Shown in pieces: positions 12,298 through 24,779 of a stretch of 64,000 nt of DNA. Source of the DNA: Octopus vulgaris (lineage: Eukaryota); assembly GCA_951406725.2 (NCBI GenBank), contig OX597839.1, positions 22,258,001 to 22,322,000 on the forward strand, read 5' to 3'. Numbering within the stretch: position 1 is the stretch's first letter; each line of letters opens with the position of its first letter. A program made the position numbers and the translations under genes. The notes under the pieces are model-generated. The model was given only the letters and a program-made list of their open reading frames with translations, was not told where the DNA came from and made no database searches.

Positions 12298-13103
12298 CAG
12301 GGTACGCTGGATAAATTGTCGCCATTTTATATTTTAATTTCACGCATTGTTTGTTTTTGATTTTGTCAACGACATAGTATAGTAGGGTCAGTTGGGCACC
12401 GTCTGTAAGAAAAACAGCACAATGACACAATTCACTTTACCAGAAATTTGGAAACATGCTGTACTGCTTGGCATTCACACCAGACGCTCCATTATGAACA
12501 TTTCAGAGTGTTTGGGTGTCAATTTGAGGACATGTAGCGAGAGGGATGAAAAACCAAACAACCAGCCATTCATCTCCCCACACGATCTCAGACTCAACAC
12601 GGAGGCCTGCATTCGATGCTTGGTAGTGCTGCCTTGGGCCAAGAGGGTGGCTGCTGGAAGACCCTATGCCTGGCAACAGGACTCTGCACCATGCCACACA
12701 AGCAGGAGAACCCAGTCATGGATGTCAGACAATTTCTGCGACCACATTACCCCTAACATCTGGCCACCTAACTCCCCAGACTGCAACCCCCTTGATTATT
12801 ATGTGTGGGACACAACTGAGTGAGAGACCAACAAAACTCCTTGTAACACCAAAGATGAACTGAAGGCAAGGATTATGGCAGCATTCACCCACTTAAACAC
12901 AGAGACCCTCCAGAAGAGTTGTTGGAGATTCTGAAGTCGTCTGGAGGCCATGGTTGAAGCGAATGGCGATTTTATTGAATAAATTTAATCATTTAATTTA
13001 AGATATTTTTATGGAATATTGGTAAATATATCTGTTAAAATGAGATATCAGGGTAATTTTCATTTTTGCGTAATTTAGACGATAATATATTCACCGCACC
13101 CTG
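12298..13103 (+). mobile_element. Tc1/mariner maT (DD37D) element, internally deleted
   Basis: Imperfect TIRs CAGGGT..., TA flanks, and WQQDSAPCH...WPPNSPDCNPLDYYVW with 37 residues between the second and third catalytic Asp. Confidence 0.9.
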
Positions 13104-13121
13104 TATATATATGTATGTATG

Positions 13122-13238
<117 letters not shown>

Positions 13239-13307
13239 GTATATATATCATGATAGATCGTTAGCTCCTACACACATTTTTTTCTCTCCTTGTTTTTTTT
13301 CTGTGTA

Positions 13308-13345
13308 TCTTTCTGTAGAAGAGCGTAGGCTCGAAACGTAAAAGA
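13308..13345 (+). ncRNA. Minimal hammerhead-like motif (variant core) in a Penelope-type repeat within a TA tract
   Basis: TCTTT-CTGTAGAA-GAGC gtag GCTC-GAAAC-GTA-AAAGA: stems I and II pair; the core deviates from CUGANGA. Confidence 0.55.
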
Positions 13346-13433
13346 CTTTTTCTATTCCTGAGCGCAATACTAATACATTTGTTTGTTTGTAGTCCACCTG
13401 CCTTCGTCTTTTGTTTATTTTCGTAAACTTTCC

Positions 13434-13500
<67 letters not shown>

Positions 13501-13506
13501 CATATG

Positions 13507-13548
<42 letters not shown>

Positions 13549-14074
13549 GTATCTATACATATATACAAGGTAGTCGCTAGAAAAGCGGGACATTCGTGAA
13601 ATGACGTTTTATAGTTTTACAAGATCTATTTGAGGCAACCAATAAGCGCCACCAGGCGACGTGATACTGCATTAACACTCTCTCACACAGTCCGTTAGTG
13701 ATCCAGTTCATGCTGGTTAGTTTTGCCTTCAAATTTTCCGCCGGGAATTGAACTCACGACCTTACGATGGTGAGGTGGATGCCCCTAGCCACTTCGCCAC
13801 GCACCTTCACGGAGACGATACAAAAGACAGAAAGTAAACAAACCAACTCAAAGTAAAAACAATTGGATTTTTAGTAGCGGTTAAGAAGAGGAACCCCTTC
13901 CCCAGGACAAGTTCATCATGGCGGCACATTGGGGAGCCTTTGGGAAAAACGATGAGGACGAAATATTGAAGAGACAGAAATAAATCCAGAAGAATCCAGG
14001 ACACATTCGAACGACTGCAGTGATTAACTAGAGTAATTTAATCAGAGGAAGCGGGTACTCCAAAATTCCCCAAG

Positions 14075-14417
14075 CTCCATTATGAACATTTCAGAGTGTT
14101 TGGGTGTCAATCTGTGGACATGTAGCGAGAGTGATGAAAAACCAAACAACCAGCCAGCATCATGGTGTTTGGAGTGATCGCTAGTGATGGCGACGTCGTG
14201 CTTCCATTCATCTTCCCACACGATCTCAGACTCAACACGGAGGCCTGCATTCGATGCTTGGTAGTGCTGCCTTGGGTCAAGAGGGTGGCTGCTGGAAGAA
14301 CCTATGTCTGGCAACAGGACTCTGCACCATGCCACACAAGCAGGAGAACCCAGTCATGGATGTCAGACAAAATATAAAATGGCGACAATATATCCAGCAT
14401 ACCCTGTATTTTATACA

Positions 14418-14469
<52 letters not shown>

Positions 14470-14637
14470 CACATCTTTGTGTTACATTATCTTTCCGTTC
14501 CCCGTGGGGTTTTCTATGTCCTCTTTAAATTTCCCATAATTCCACATTTAATAGGTAGCCATTATGCTTCATAGAACATTCTTGCTCGTCCAGTTTCTGT
14601 TCCGTTACTGGAAACATGCCTACTTCCTTCCAAATTG
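14075..14637. mobile_element. maT internal fragment fused to an inverted duplicate of about 12104-12335
   Basis: 14075-14368 is a direct maT copy. 14365-14637 is the reverse complement of the maT left TIR plus its flanking (TG)n and Dong fragment. Confidence 0.85.
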
Positions 14638-14899
14638 TGGAAAGGGGTGAGAAAGGAGGCAAATAAAAAGTACGAAAAGGGGCCCGTCCCTTCTCCAATT
14701 AGTTACGTCCAATTGATGGCCTCAGTTCATCGCAAAACAAATGAAGAATTGCCTGAAGGATCGCTGCAACAAGTGTGAGAATCTGAGAGGAGGGGAATAT
14801 GTTGAATGAAATCATAATTAACTGATCCTCATCCTGTATCTACTTTTACCCAAAGCCAAGAACTTTTCAACACCTCCTCATGTTTTCGTAGGTGTTCTC

Positions 14900-15150
14900 T
14901 CATCATCATTGTTCGACCGTGGTCGAGACAATGGAATTTACCATGCTACCCCAGACTTCACGGTCCATCATGGCATTACGGAGGTCCTGTTGCTGGATGC
15001 CTGTATCCCTGGAGATTACATCAGGGTAGGAGAGTGTGCGCCCTCTGGTATTGCGAGTAGATGGCTTCCAGAGGAGAAGAGTAGAAATTACTTCTTTTTC
15101 AGCTCTACAACAATGTCCAGCAAACTGGACTCTCCTACCTTTCACAAGGT
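14900..15150 (-). mobile_element. RTE-clade LINE 3' end
   Basis: RRVQFAGHCCRAEKEVISTLLLWKP..GRTLSYPDVISRDTG..MMDREVW then a (TGA)n tail. Second copy at about 60520-60670(-). Confidence 0.85.
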
Positions 15151-15864
15151 GTTCTCTAGGTTAATGTAAAATATTATTCATCGATTAAACCACGAGTAGT
15201 GATCAGCCTAATTACTATTTTAAAAAAGGTGACCAGCTAATAGAATCGTTAACGCGTTGGAAAAAAATTCTCAGCAACATATCTTTAAATATCGACTTCA
15301 AATCCTGCCGACGCCAACTTTACCTTTCATCCTTTTGGCGTTGATAAAGAACCAGTCCATTGGTGTGGTCAGTGTAATCGACTAAACTTCACCCATTAAA
15401 ACTGCTGGCCTCGTGCCGAAATTTGAAACAATAATTAATATTGTAAAGAGGGTGGTAAGCTGGCGGAATCGTTAATATGCCGGGCGAAGTGCTCAGCAGC
15501 ATTTTGTCCGGCTTTATGTTCCGAGGTCAAATTCCTCCAAGGTCGACTTCGCCTTTCATCATTTCGGGGTCGATAAAATAAGTACCAGTTTGAACACTGG
15601 GGTCGATATAATCGACTTACCCTCTCTTCCCAGATAGCTTGTTTCGTGCTCAAATTTGAAAGCAATTGTATTGTAAAGACTCTTGGCGTTCTAACCTTGG
15701 AGTAGAAAAACTGATTAAAGGAATTCGTATCGGTGAGATGCCATTTGAAGATAGAGCCTTAAAAGTCAAAATTAGATTGTTACTGGTTGAGTAGGGGTCG
15801 GGGAAGATCATAGGGTGGAATCTATTACAAATAGATTCTATATTTTGGGGACCGGGGATTATGT

Positions 15865-16436
15865 AATGGACGGATAGGTATTTTCACCTTGTTTGTTGTT
15901 ACCACAACGTTTCGGCTGATGTACTTTCATCACCAGGTTTATAACCCCAGAATACACCCTATAATTGCCCACGGGCATATAGCGTAGCGGTTAAGAGCGT
16001 GGGATACTGGGTTCAATCTCAGGCAGTGACTTGAATAATTAAATAGTAATAATATCAGCAAAAAATACCTTAAGAACGAGAAAAGAGCACCCCATTAGTC
16101 AAATAAAGGGTTGGGTTCGAAATTCCAGCAGAACACCTGATGGAGGCTTTCATCATCGGGCTTATAACCCCAGAATACACTCTATGATTGCCCACAGGCA
16201 TTTAGCGTAGCGGTTAAGAGCGTGGGATACTGGGTTCAATCTCAGGCAGTTACTTGAATAATTAAATAGTAATAATATCAGCAAAAAATACCTTAAGAAT
16301 GAGAAAAGAGTACCCCATTAGTCAAATAAAGGGTTGGGTTCGAAATTCCAGCAGAACACCTGATGAAGGCTGGAGGATACATCAGCAGAAACGTTGAGGT
16401 AACAACAAACAAGGGGAGGACACATATCAGTCCATT
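15865..16436 (+). mobile_element. Tandem 223-bp units with Pol III A/B boxes ending in a minimal hammerhead, flanked by an inverted copy
   Basis: Units 15924-16146 and 16147-16369. A-box TAGCGTAGCGG, B-box GGTTCAATCTC. HHR AACAC-CTGATGA-aGGCTG..CAGCa-GAAAC-GTT at about 16355-16400; its reverse complement lies at about 15865-15935. Confidence 0.75.
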
Positions 16437-16659
16437 GTAAATAAAATGTAGACGTTGTTATTGCGTAATATGAGAGTAAAAAGGACTTGTGTAGAAACCT
16501 GATGTAAAAGGAAACACTTCAGAAGAGGAAAACGATGATGTTTCAGTAAGAAATATAGAATTGGTGGGAGGGCATTATAAAGACGATGTCAATGAAAATA
16601 GCAACGATGAGAATATTGGAAAAGAAACATCAGTAAACCAACGCGAGTGAAAAATTCCA

Positions 16660-17162
16660 TCTATATATAAAAAACTGTAGTTGTGTGAGTGTCTGTCCCC
16701 TTCGATTTAGATTCCTAACTACTCCCACATTTTGCGGTGCAGTTTAACCAAATTCGGGTATCTTATAGTGGTGATTCATATCGAGCCCTTCTGGCTATTA
16801 GCGCGCGTCTACGATGAGTCTACGATTTTAAAAATAATTTAACATCATTTTTTATTCCATTTTAATGCATAATTTTTCGTGTGTCGATGGCGGCGGAGTT
16901 GGTGTCCATGGTCACACCTGCACCTGTTTGCTTCTCCCCCTTCTTCCCTCCCTCGTGAAGCTGTGGGGAAGGGAGTGTAAGGAAATCAACGTCGTCAAGG
17001 AGACCAGCGTTCTTTTAGAACAACGACTTCATGGCTTGAAGACACCAAAACAGAAATGGCTAAGAAAGCCCGAATTGGCATCTATAAGGGAAGTAACTCT
17101 TTAAAAATGCTTATATAGTTATTTCCCTTACAAACCCGAGCAACGCCGGGCGATACTGCTAG
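16660..17162 (+). mobile_element. Non-autonomous Helitron
   Basis: A|TC start, CCCGAGCAACGCCGGG hairpin, CTAG|T end. Near-identical copy at 51185-51697(-). Confidence 0.85.
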
Positions 17163-17819
17163 TTAAAAATAAATCTAAGAACAGCTGAAGCAGGCACAAC
17201 TCTCTCAAGTGGTTTGTCAATTGAGAGTTGAATACGACGGAGTCACAACACAGTCACCATTCAACCGGCTAGATATAGCAACTCAAGGCCCTCAAATAGC
17301 AAATCTTTAAGAACGATTTTAAACACGTGAAACAGTATCACTTAATGTAAGTTCGTAAATGTTTTGTTACGCTAGACACATAGGAAGGGACGCCTTCTGC
17401 AAAAAGGGCACATAGTGAAGTAGCGGCAAAACAATTTTTGTGTAGCGAGTCAAAACAAATTTCAATTAATTTACATTAGTTTCGGTAATGAAAGGAAAGG
17501 ATCAACATTAATGATAATTCTAGTCAAAAAGGACAAGGGGGACAACTCAGAAATTGAAATTAAAGATTCAGACGGAAGAATGCAATGGACAAACGGTCTT
17601 TGGCAAATAAAAGACGCACTAAAACAAAATCTAGGTGGGTGTGTGTGAATGTGTGTGTGAATGTGTGTGTGTGTGTGTGCGTGCGTATGTGTGTATGCGT
17701 GTGACTCTCTAAAAACAAAGGAAGTACCAAATTCTTAATTTCGGCAATTCCTACATTAGAATATAAATATCTGGAGACGAGAAAACTGCTATACACTACG
17801 ATTATAGTAATCATAACAA

Positions 17820-17871
<52 letters not shown>

Positions 17872-17983
17872 TATAGTTAATCCAAACAAGAAAACAGAAA
17901 AAAAACACAGAAAAAAACACAGCAACGCGAGGACGTGGAACAATTAAGGTATTATTTGACGCTCAGGAAAGAAGGGAAGGAGG

Positions 17984-18017
17984 GTTTAACGTTTCGAGCG
18001 GAGCTCTTCGTCGGAAA
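17984..18017 (-). ncRNA. Minimal hammerhead-like motif
   Basis: Minus strand GTTT-CCGACGA-A-GAGC tcc GCTC-GAAAC-GTT-AAAC, inside a repeat flanked by (TA)n. Confidence 0.6.
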
Positions 18018-18106
18018 CAAAGGAGAAGGAAAGATCCCGAGAAGGGAAGACAGAGGAAAAAAAATATTTATGCTGGTGGTGCTCAAGAGATCACATGTTG
18101 AAAGGG

Positions 18107-18170
<64 letters not shown>

Positions 18171-18762
18171 ATTTATACAGTATCAATATACATAGTCCTC
18201 ATAAACACCAGTCAGTGGAGTGTGTTGTGGTGGGGGCGGAATCAGTTTGACTATTTTTCACCAGCGGGTCCAACCCATGCTAGCATGGAAAGCGGACGTT
18301 AAACGATTCTAAGATTTCACCTGTGTCTTGAAGACGTTTGCAAGAATATATTCCATTGTATCAGAATGTAAAACACCAATATTTTCCGATCGAATTTCAA
18401 AGAAAACAAAACAGAAAAAAACATAAATGTAGCGAAACAGGTGTGTGTATGTGTGTGTGTGTGTGTTCGTGTATGCTTATGTATGCGCGTGAGTTTATAA
18501 TTATGCATATATATGTGTGTGTGGATGACTATGTATAAATATGGGTATGTACATACATCTACACATGCAAACAAATACAAAACATGCGTGCATACACATG
18601 TACACATATACACATTTGCACACACATGCATGCATACCTGCATATGCGCATACATACGTACATATATATATATATATACCACACACACACGCATATTTAT
18701 ATATTTATATACACACACACACCCGTCATACATATACATATATATATATATATATTTCTTAC

Positions 18763-18838
18763 CTGTCACAATATTGCAAGCGAACATAGCGCAAGAAACC
18801 CGGGAGTCTTCATGTTTAGTCTTAGTCTGTCGCCCCAT
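18763..18838 (-). CDS. Candidate first coding exon of an unidentified host gene (MGRQTKTKHEDSRVSCAMFACNIVT, phase-1 donor)
   Basis: Kozak-like CCCACCATGG, 76 nt of unique sequence, strong donor CAG|GTAAG. Downstream exons not identified. Confidence 0.4.
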
Positions 18839-18839
18839 G

Positions 18840-19474
18840 GTGGGATTTTTCTTTCGTGAATTAAAAACGAACGGCTTGAATGAGATAGTTGTTCGTTGGT
18901 TAACAGTGAAACTCCTTTTCTCCAAAATCCCGACCGGAATGGATTAATATAGACGAAATCTCCTGGCTTTTGACGTCACAGCCAGGTGAGTTGGTGGCTG
19001 GCAGTGAGTCGGAGGGGGTGGGTGTTGGGAGGGAAGGGAGTCTGCTTTGAGTTCGGAGAGTAAGGGCGGGGGTGGGGAGGAGGAGAAGGAGGAGGAGGAA
19101 GAGATGGGTGTAGGGGAAGAGCGGGGGGAGGGGTCGTGAAAGTGGTGGGGAGAGGAAGGGGGGTGGGGGAAGGGAGTCTGCTTTGAGTTCGGAGAGTAAG
19201 GGCGGGGGTGGGGAGAAGAAGGAGGAGGAGGAGGAGGAGGAGGAGGAGGAGGAAGAGATGGGTGTAGGAGAGAGCGGGGGGAGGGGGCGTGAAAGTGGTG
19301 GGGGAGAGGAAGTTGATGAGTTTTGGGGGAGGAGAAAGCGAAACGGAGAGGGATGCAAGGGCAGGGATACACACACACATACATATATATATATAACCCC
19401 TATGCCTCTTTAGCTACCCTGGCTACAGATCGAACTCTCTCTCTCTCCCTATATATAGATGGGTGGTTAGGTGA

Positions 19475-19528
<54 letters not shown>

Positions 19529-19984
19529 TGAGGGGGTACATATCTATTTATATACCATACAGATATGCAAATATTGGTGCTTCAGAAGAAGTAACAAAGA
19601 TATAAGGGGGGATAGGAACAGAAAGTAGGAGAGAGAGGGAGGGGGAGAGGGAGGGAGAGAGAGAGGGAGGGGGAGATAAATAGAAGGTGAAATGAAGAGA
19701 GAGAGAGAGGGGGAGAGGGAGAGTAGGAGAGAGAGGGGGGAGAGAGAGAGAGTAGGAGAGAGAGTAGGAGAGAGAGTAGGAGAGAGAGAGAGAGAATAGG
19801 AGAGAGAGAGTAGGAGAGAGAGAGTAGGAGAGAGAGAGAGTAGGAGAGATAGAGTAGGAGAGAGAGAGAAAGAGGGAGAGAGAGAGGGAGAGAGAGAATA
19901 GGAGAGAGAGAGTAGGAGAGAGAGAGAGAGAGAGGGAGAGAGGGAGAGAGAGAAGGAGAGAGAGAGATAAATAGAAGGTGAAAT

Positions 19985-20018
<34 letters not shown>

Positions 20019-20460
20019 TGTGTGTTGGAGAAACTTTTGAAATAAGAAAGGAAGAAGGAAACCCGTTGGAAAGAGTAATGAATTGGAGAGAGAGAGAGAG
20101 AGAGAAAGATTATATATATGTAGAGAGAGAGAGCAAGAAAGAGGATAGGGAGGAGGTGGGGGGGGGTTAAAGGCAAGAAAGAAGTGACGAAGAAAGAAAG
20201 AAAGAAAATATAAAGAGATGAGAGAAAGAATATGATAGGATGAGAAAGGGGGAGAGTGTGTAGGAGAGAGAGAGAGAGAGTTTAGGGAGGAGTGCTGAGA
20301 CGGAACAAGAGGCGGTGGTTGGTGGATCCGAGCCGCCGCCTGCCGCCAGGTAAGGCGGGAGGCGGAGTTTCGATTTGGCTTCGTTCTTTCGTTGAAAACA
20401 AGACTTTTTTACTTTTTTTTTTACTTTTTCTTCTTTTAACTTTTGGCCGCCATGTTTGTT
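18840..20460. promoter_or_regulatory. Probable divergent promoter region
   Basis: CRE TGACGTCA (18971-18978), G-rich tracts with GGGCGG, long GAGA tracts, GC-rich segment near 20300-20370, YY1-like CCGCCATGTT (about 20446). Confidence 0.45.
20290..20349 (+). other. Candidate non-coding first exon of a plus-strand gene
   Basis: GC-rich GAGCCGCCGCCTGCCGCCAG|GTAAGG donor just after a GA tract. Start is approximate. Confidence 0.45.
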
Positions 20461-20638
20461 TGTTTGTTTGTGTGTTGCGTGCGCGCACGCTTTTATGCTT
20501 GTGTTTGTGCTTATGTGTGTGTGTGTGTGTGTATACAGGTACGTTCGTACGTGTATGCGCACGCGTTTGTATGTGTGTGCGAGCGTGTGTGTACAGGTAC
20601 GTTCGTACGTGTATGCGCACGCGTTTGTATGTGTGTGC

Positions 20639-20674
<36 letters not shown>

Positions 20675-20869
20675 AGGTACGTTCGTACGTGTATACGCAC
20701 GCGTTTGTATGTGTGTGCGTGCGTGTGTGTGTTGAAAGATATTTGATATCGAAAACGTTGTTAAGCTTATATCATGTGTATTGTGTACAGGTCTTACCGA
20801 TGCAGACCACCACCACCTGTATCTGAAGATTTTGTTGTATGTGACACACACACACTCACACACACACAT

Positions 20870-20931
<62 letters not shown>

Positions 20932-21014
20932 ATAGATTTGTTTGCGTATGTGTGGATAACTTCAAGTATAAATTTACACAGAAAAAGGACAGAAAACGGA
21001 TAGACTTGCGCGCC

Positions 21015-21049
<35 letters not shown>

Positions 21050-21470
21050 GCACACACACAAATATATGTCTAAATGTTTACAAAAGTTGGCATACAAACC
21101 GAACTATACACACACCTAAAACACACGTCAAGAAATAGCTTCATACTTATACAAACACACGTATATAAATACTTAAGAGGTTGACGTAAATTTAATAACA
21201 TAGCACCTCGTCAAAGGTACATTAACAAAATAGTCACACACACACACACACACAGACACACACACACAAACACACGCACAAATATATATATCTAAATGTT
21301 TACAAAAGTTGACATACAAACCGAACTATACACACACCTAAAACACACGTCAAGAAATAGCTTCATACTTATACAAACACACGTATATAAATACTTAAGA
21401 GGTTGACATAAATTTAATAACATAGCACCTCGTCAAAGGTACATTAACAAAATAGTCACACACAGACACA
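21050..21470. repeat. Tandem duplication, period about 222 bp
   Basis: TCTAAATGTTTACAAAAGTTG..CAAAATAGTCACACA occurs twice, bounded by (CA)n. Confidence 0.9.
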
Positions 21471-23789
21471 CACGTGGTCAAAGATACATGCAACAAAACA
21501 CAAGACAAACATCCTGATGTTTCAGACTCCAAGAGAACACAGCACAATCTGGTCGCGCCATCTGCTAGACAGAGCAGCCAAATACCCCTCAAGCTATACC
21601 CTAGCATCTTTGGGGAAAGGATTCATTGGATAATGTTGTCCAGGGTTCTGGGCACATGCGAAACAAGGTAGGATGGCCGTGGTTGGATTGCTTTTCATCA
21701 TAGGTTTGCTCGGTTAGAATTGACCTAGGATGAACAAGACTTGCATAGAACCACGCAAAAAACAAGAAGGCCTGCATGAAGTCTCTCTCTCTCTCTCTTT
21801 TGATCGTGGCTCTGCTCAATTAGCGTTAACCTTGGGCTATACAAATGCGACAACGAGAACCACAATAACAAGTTTCTTATGGACGAACGATATGCAAAAT
21901 AATATTCTTTGAAGTTTTTTGGTGAAGATGTTTCGAAATAATTCTAACACCTTCAGCCATTGTAAGTGATTCCGACAACTTGGTCAAAGAGGATCCAGTC
22001 ATTATCAGTTAATCTATTAACTTGGTGATAGAGAGACTACAGTCGTTATGAAAGATTAATAACCAGGGGTAAATTCACTCCACAAGGTAAGATATTAAAC
22101 ACGGCAGGTGTAAATTTTAATTTACCTGAACATACGTAATTATATAATCTAGAAAATGAATAAAAATATTTATAAAAGTACACATCCTTTTATTGAATGG
22201 CATCAGAGATATATTAGGCAGCGAGAGAGGAGAGCATAACGAGGGGTCGTTCATATATGATATAATGGGGGTTTAATGAAAACCTGACAAATTATGATAA
22301 TTGCTAAATAGATATATGTGGACCTGTGTAGTTGCCGAGTGGTATCCAAGGGATTAAGAAAGACCATTTGGAAGGCTTCAACGACAATGGAAAAATGATT
22401 TAGGAAAACAGTTTGGGCCTAGACAGAAAAGAATGATGCAATACGTTATATAATCAGAAGCGACCCCAAGTCATCAGCGTTACTCGGGCTCATCACAGAT
22501 CTCGCATAAGACTCATGCCTGCTCGAAGAATTTAACATTTTCCCGCTTCAAATAACAACAGCCGAGTTCACAACAAACATCAGAGATCTGACTGTCGCCT
22601 GTACTCTTGACAAGAGATGCCGGTTAGTCTTTTACACCTACCAAGTCGCCGGGTAATTTTCCGTTCCTTTAAGAATATTGTAGAACGGAAACGTTTCATA
22701 GATTGGAATTTAAATCCTAATCTCTACAGAGATTTATTGTTTCAAGAAAACATTGAATTTGAATTACTTTTAACTTTTACGATTATAGATAACAATTCGG
22801 GCTGTAACTTCTGAGCCCGAGTCAGGTGCGTATGAACAATGTCTGAATGTCTGCTACGAATGATATTCTTTCACACGGGGCATCTGCAAGATGACCGTCA
22901 GACGCTGATCGAAAATAAATGAGTTGCGACCAGGTTCAATAAAAGGGGCCTGAGTTATTGGCTGCAATTACATACTTGAAGTCAGAGTTGGCAGAAATTA
23001 AATCAGCTTGTTAAATACACGTTCAATTTAGTAAATTTATACTAGGGCTAAGCACGAACAACTCGAGTGCCACAGTGTCATCACTGCAGCGGACGCCGAC
23101 CAAAAATCATTACTGTTGCTCCCATTGGAACACAAGGTAAAATCTATAATGAACTCCTCGCCTTTTCAAGAACATGAATTTTTTATATTTGACTCTATTG
23201 AATGTATGTCACAATTATGAACTGTTACATCATACTCTTTAAACATATAGCATGGACTCTCTTTATTATATAAAATTTTTTTTTTGATAAGGTTCGTTAT
23301 TTCAAGAACCGAAACATGTTAAATTAAAATTTATCTAATATAGCGGCATTTTCAAACTTCATTTTTTACAAATATATATCCACTCGTATACGAGCTAATC
23401 TTATTATAAATATATATATATATATTACGGAGATGTACTCGCATAGCAAGTAATTTGATCTGAGATCGTGTGCTGAAACGAAAACAATTGCAGCGTGGAA
23501 GGTGTTTGTAAGCCATTTAAGAAACACACAAAAGCCGTTCGATTCACTTCAACATTTAAGTTTAATATATATATAAGTTGTATATATATATAAGTTCAGC
23601 AAAATTTAGAATCAGATGAATATGGCAATATGGTACTTAAGTCAAAGGCACCTGAATTTTGTATGGAATTATCCATATAAATCCATGGGGGTGATTATAA
23701 TCAAAATAAGCAACAAGTATATCCAAGGTAATGTGGTACAATCGTTTCATGCTACTTCATTTTATTATATATTATATATATATGACTGT

Positions 23790-24599
23790 GAATTGGTAGG
23801 ATAGCACACTGGACGAAGTGCTTAGCGACACTTCGTCCATCTACGTGTTCTGAGGTTGACTTTGGCTTTCATCCTTCCGGGGTCGATAAAATAAGTACCA
23901 GTTGAGTACTGGGGTCAATGTAATCGGCTTCCTCGCTCCCTCAAAATTTCAGGCCTTGAACCTTATAGTAGAAACGATATTTTGTTCAAATTCTGCTGAA
24001 CTCGACTTTGCCTTAGATCCTTTCAGAGGTACAATGAAATAAGTACCAGTTGAATACTGGGGTTCATGTAATCGATTATCCCCCCTCTCCCATAATTTTA
24101 GACCTTATGCTTATAATAGAAAGAATTATTATTATTATTCGCGCTGGCAGAATCGTTAGCGCGCCGGATGAAATGCTTGGCGGTATTTCGTGTGTCGTTA
24201 GGTTCTAAGTTCAAATTCCGTCGAGGGCGATAAATTAAGTACCAATTGGACACTGAGGTTGATGTAGTCGACTCGTCCCCTCCCCCAAAAGTGCTGCCCT
24301 TGTGGTAAAATTTGAAACCCGAGGTCGACTTTGCCTTTCATCCTTTCGGGGTCGATGAAATAAATACCAGTTACGCACTAGGGTCGGTGTAATTGGCTAA
24401 TCCCCTGCCCCAAATTTCCAGGCCTTGTGCCTTTAGTGGAAAGGGATTATTATCATTTTTTTTTATCTCAAGTTTTATTGGAGCTCCTGGAGTCTTGCAT
24501 GCGTAATTGGCTTGCTGTCTGCAGCCTACGGTACCATTCTATCTTCTTTCCAACTGTCTTTCCACTGTCACTTTGATGGCATGCACTGCTCTCTCACTC

Positions 24600-24637
<38 letters not shown>

Positions 24638-24663
24638 TAATAATAATAATAATAATAATAATG

Positions 24664-24709
<46 letters not shown>

Positions 24710-24717
24710 TAATAATG

Positions 24718-24779
<62 letters not shown>

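Noticed and set aside
18979-18990. Plus-strand donor CAG|GTGAGT as a separate exon end
   Set aside because: Good consensus, but no definable exon start; it overlaps the putative promoter and cannot be supported independently.
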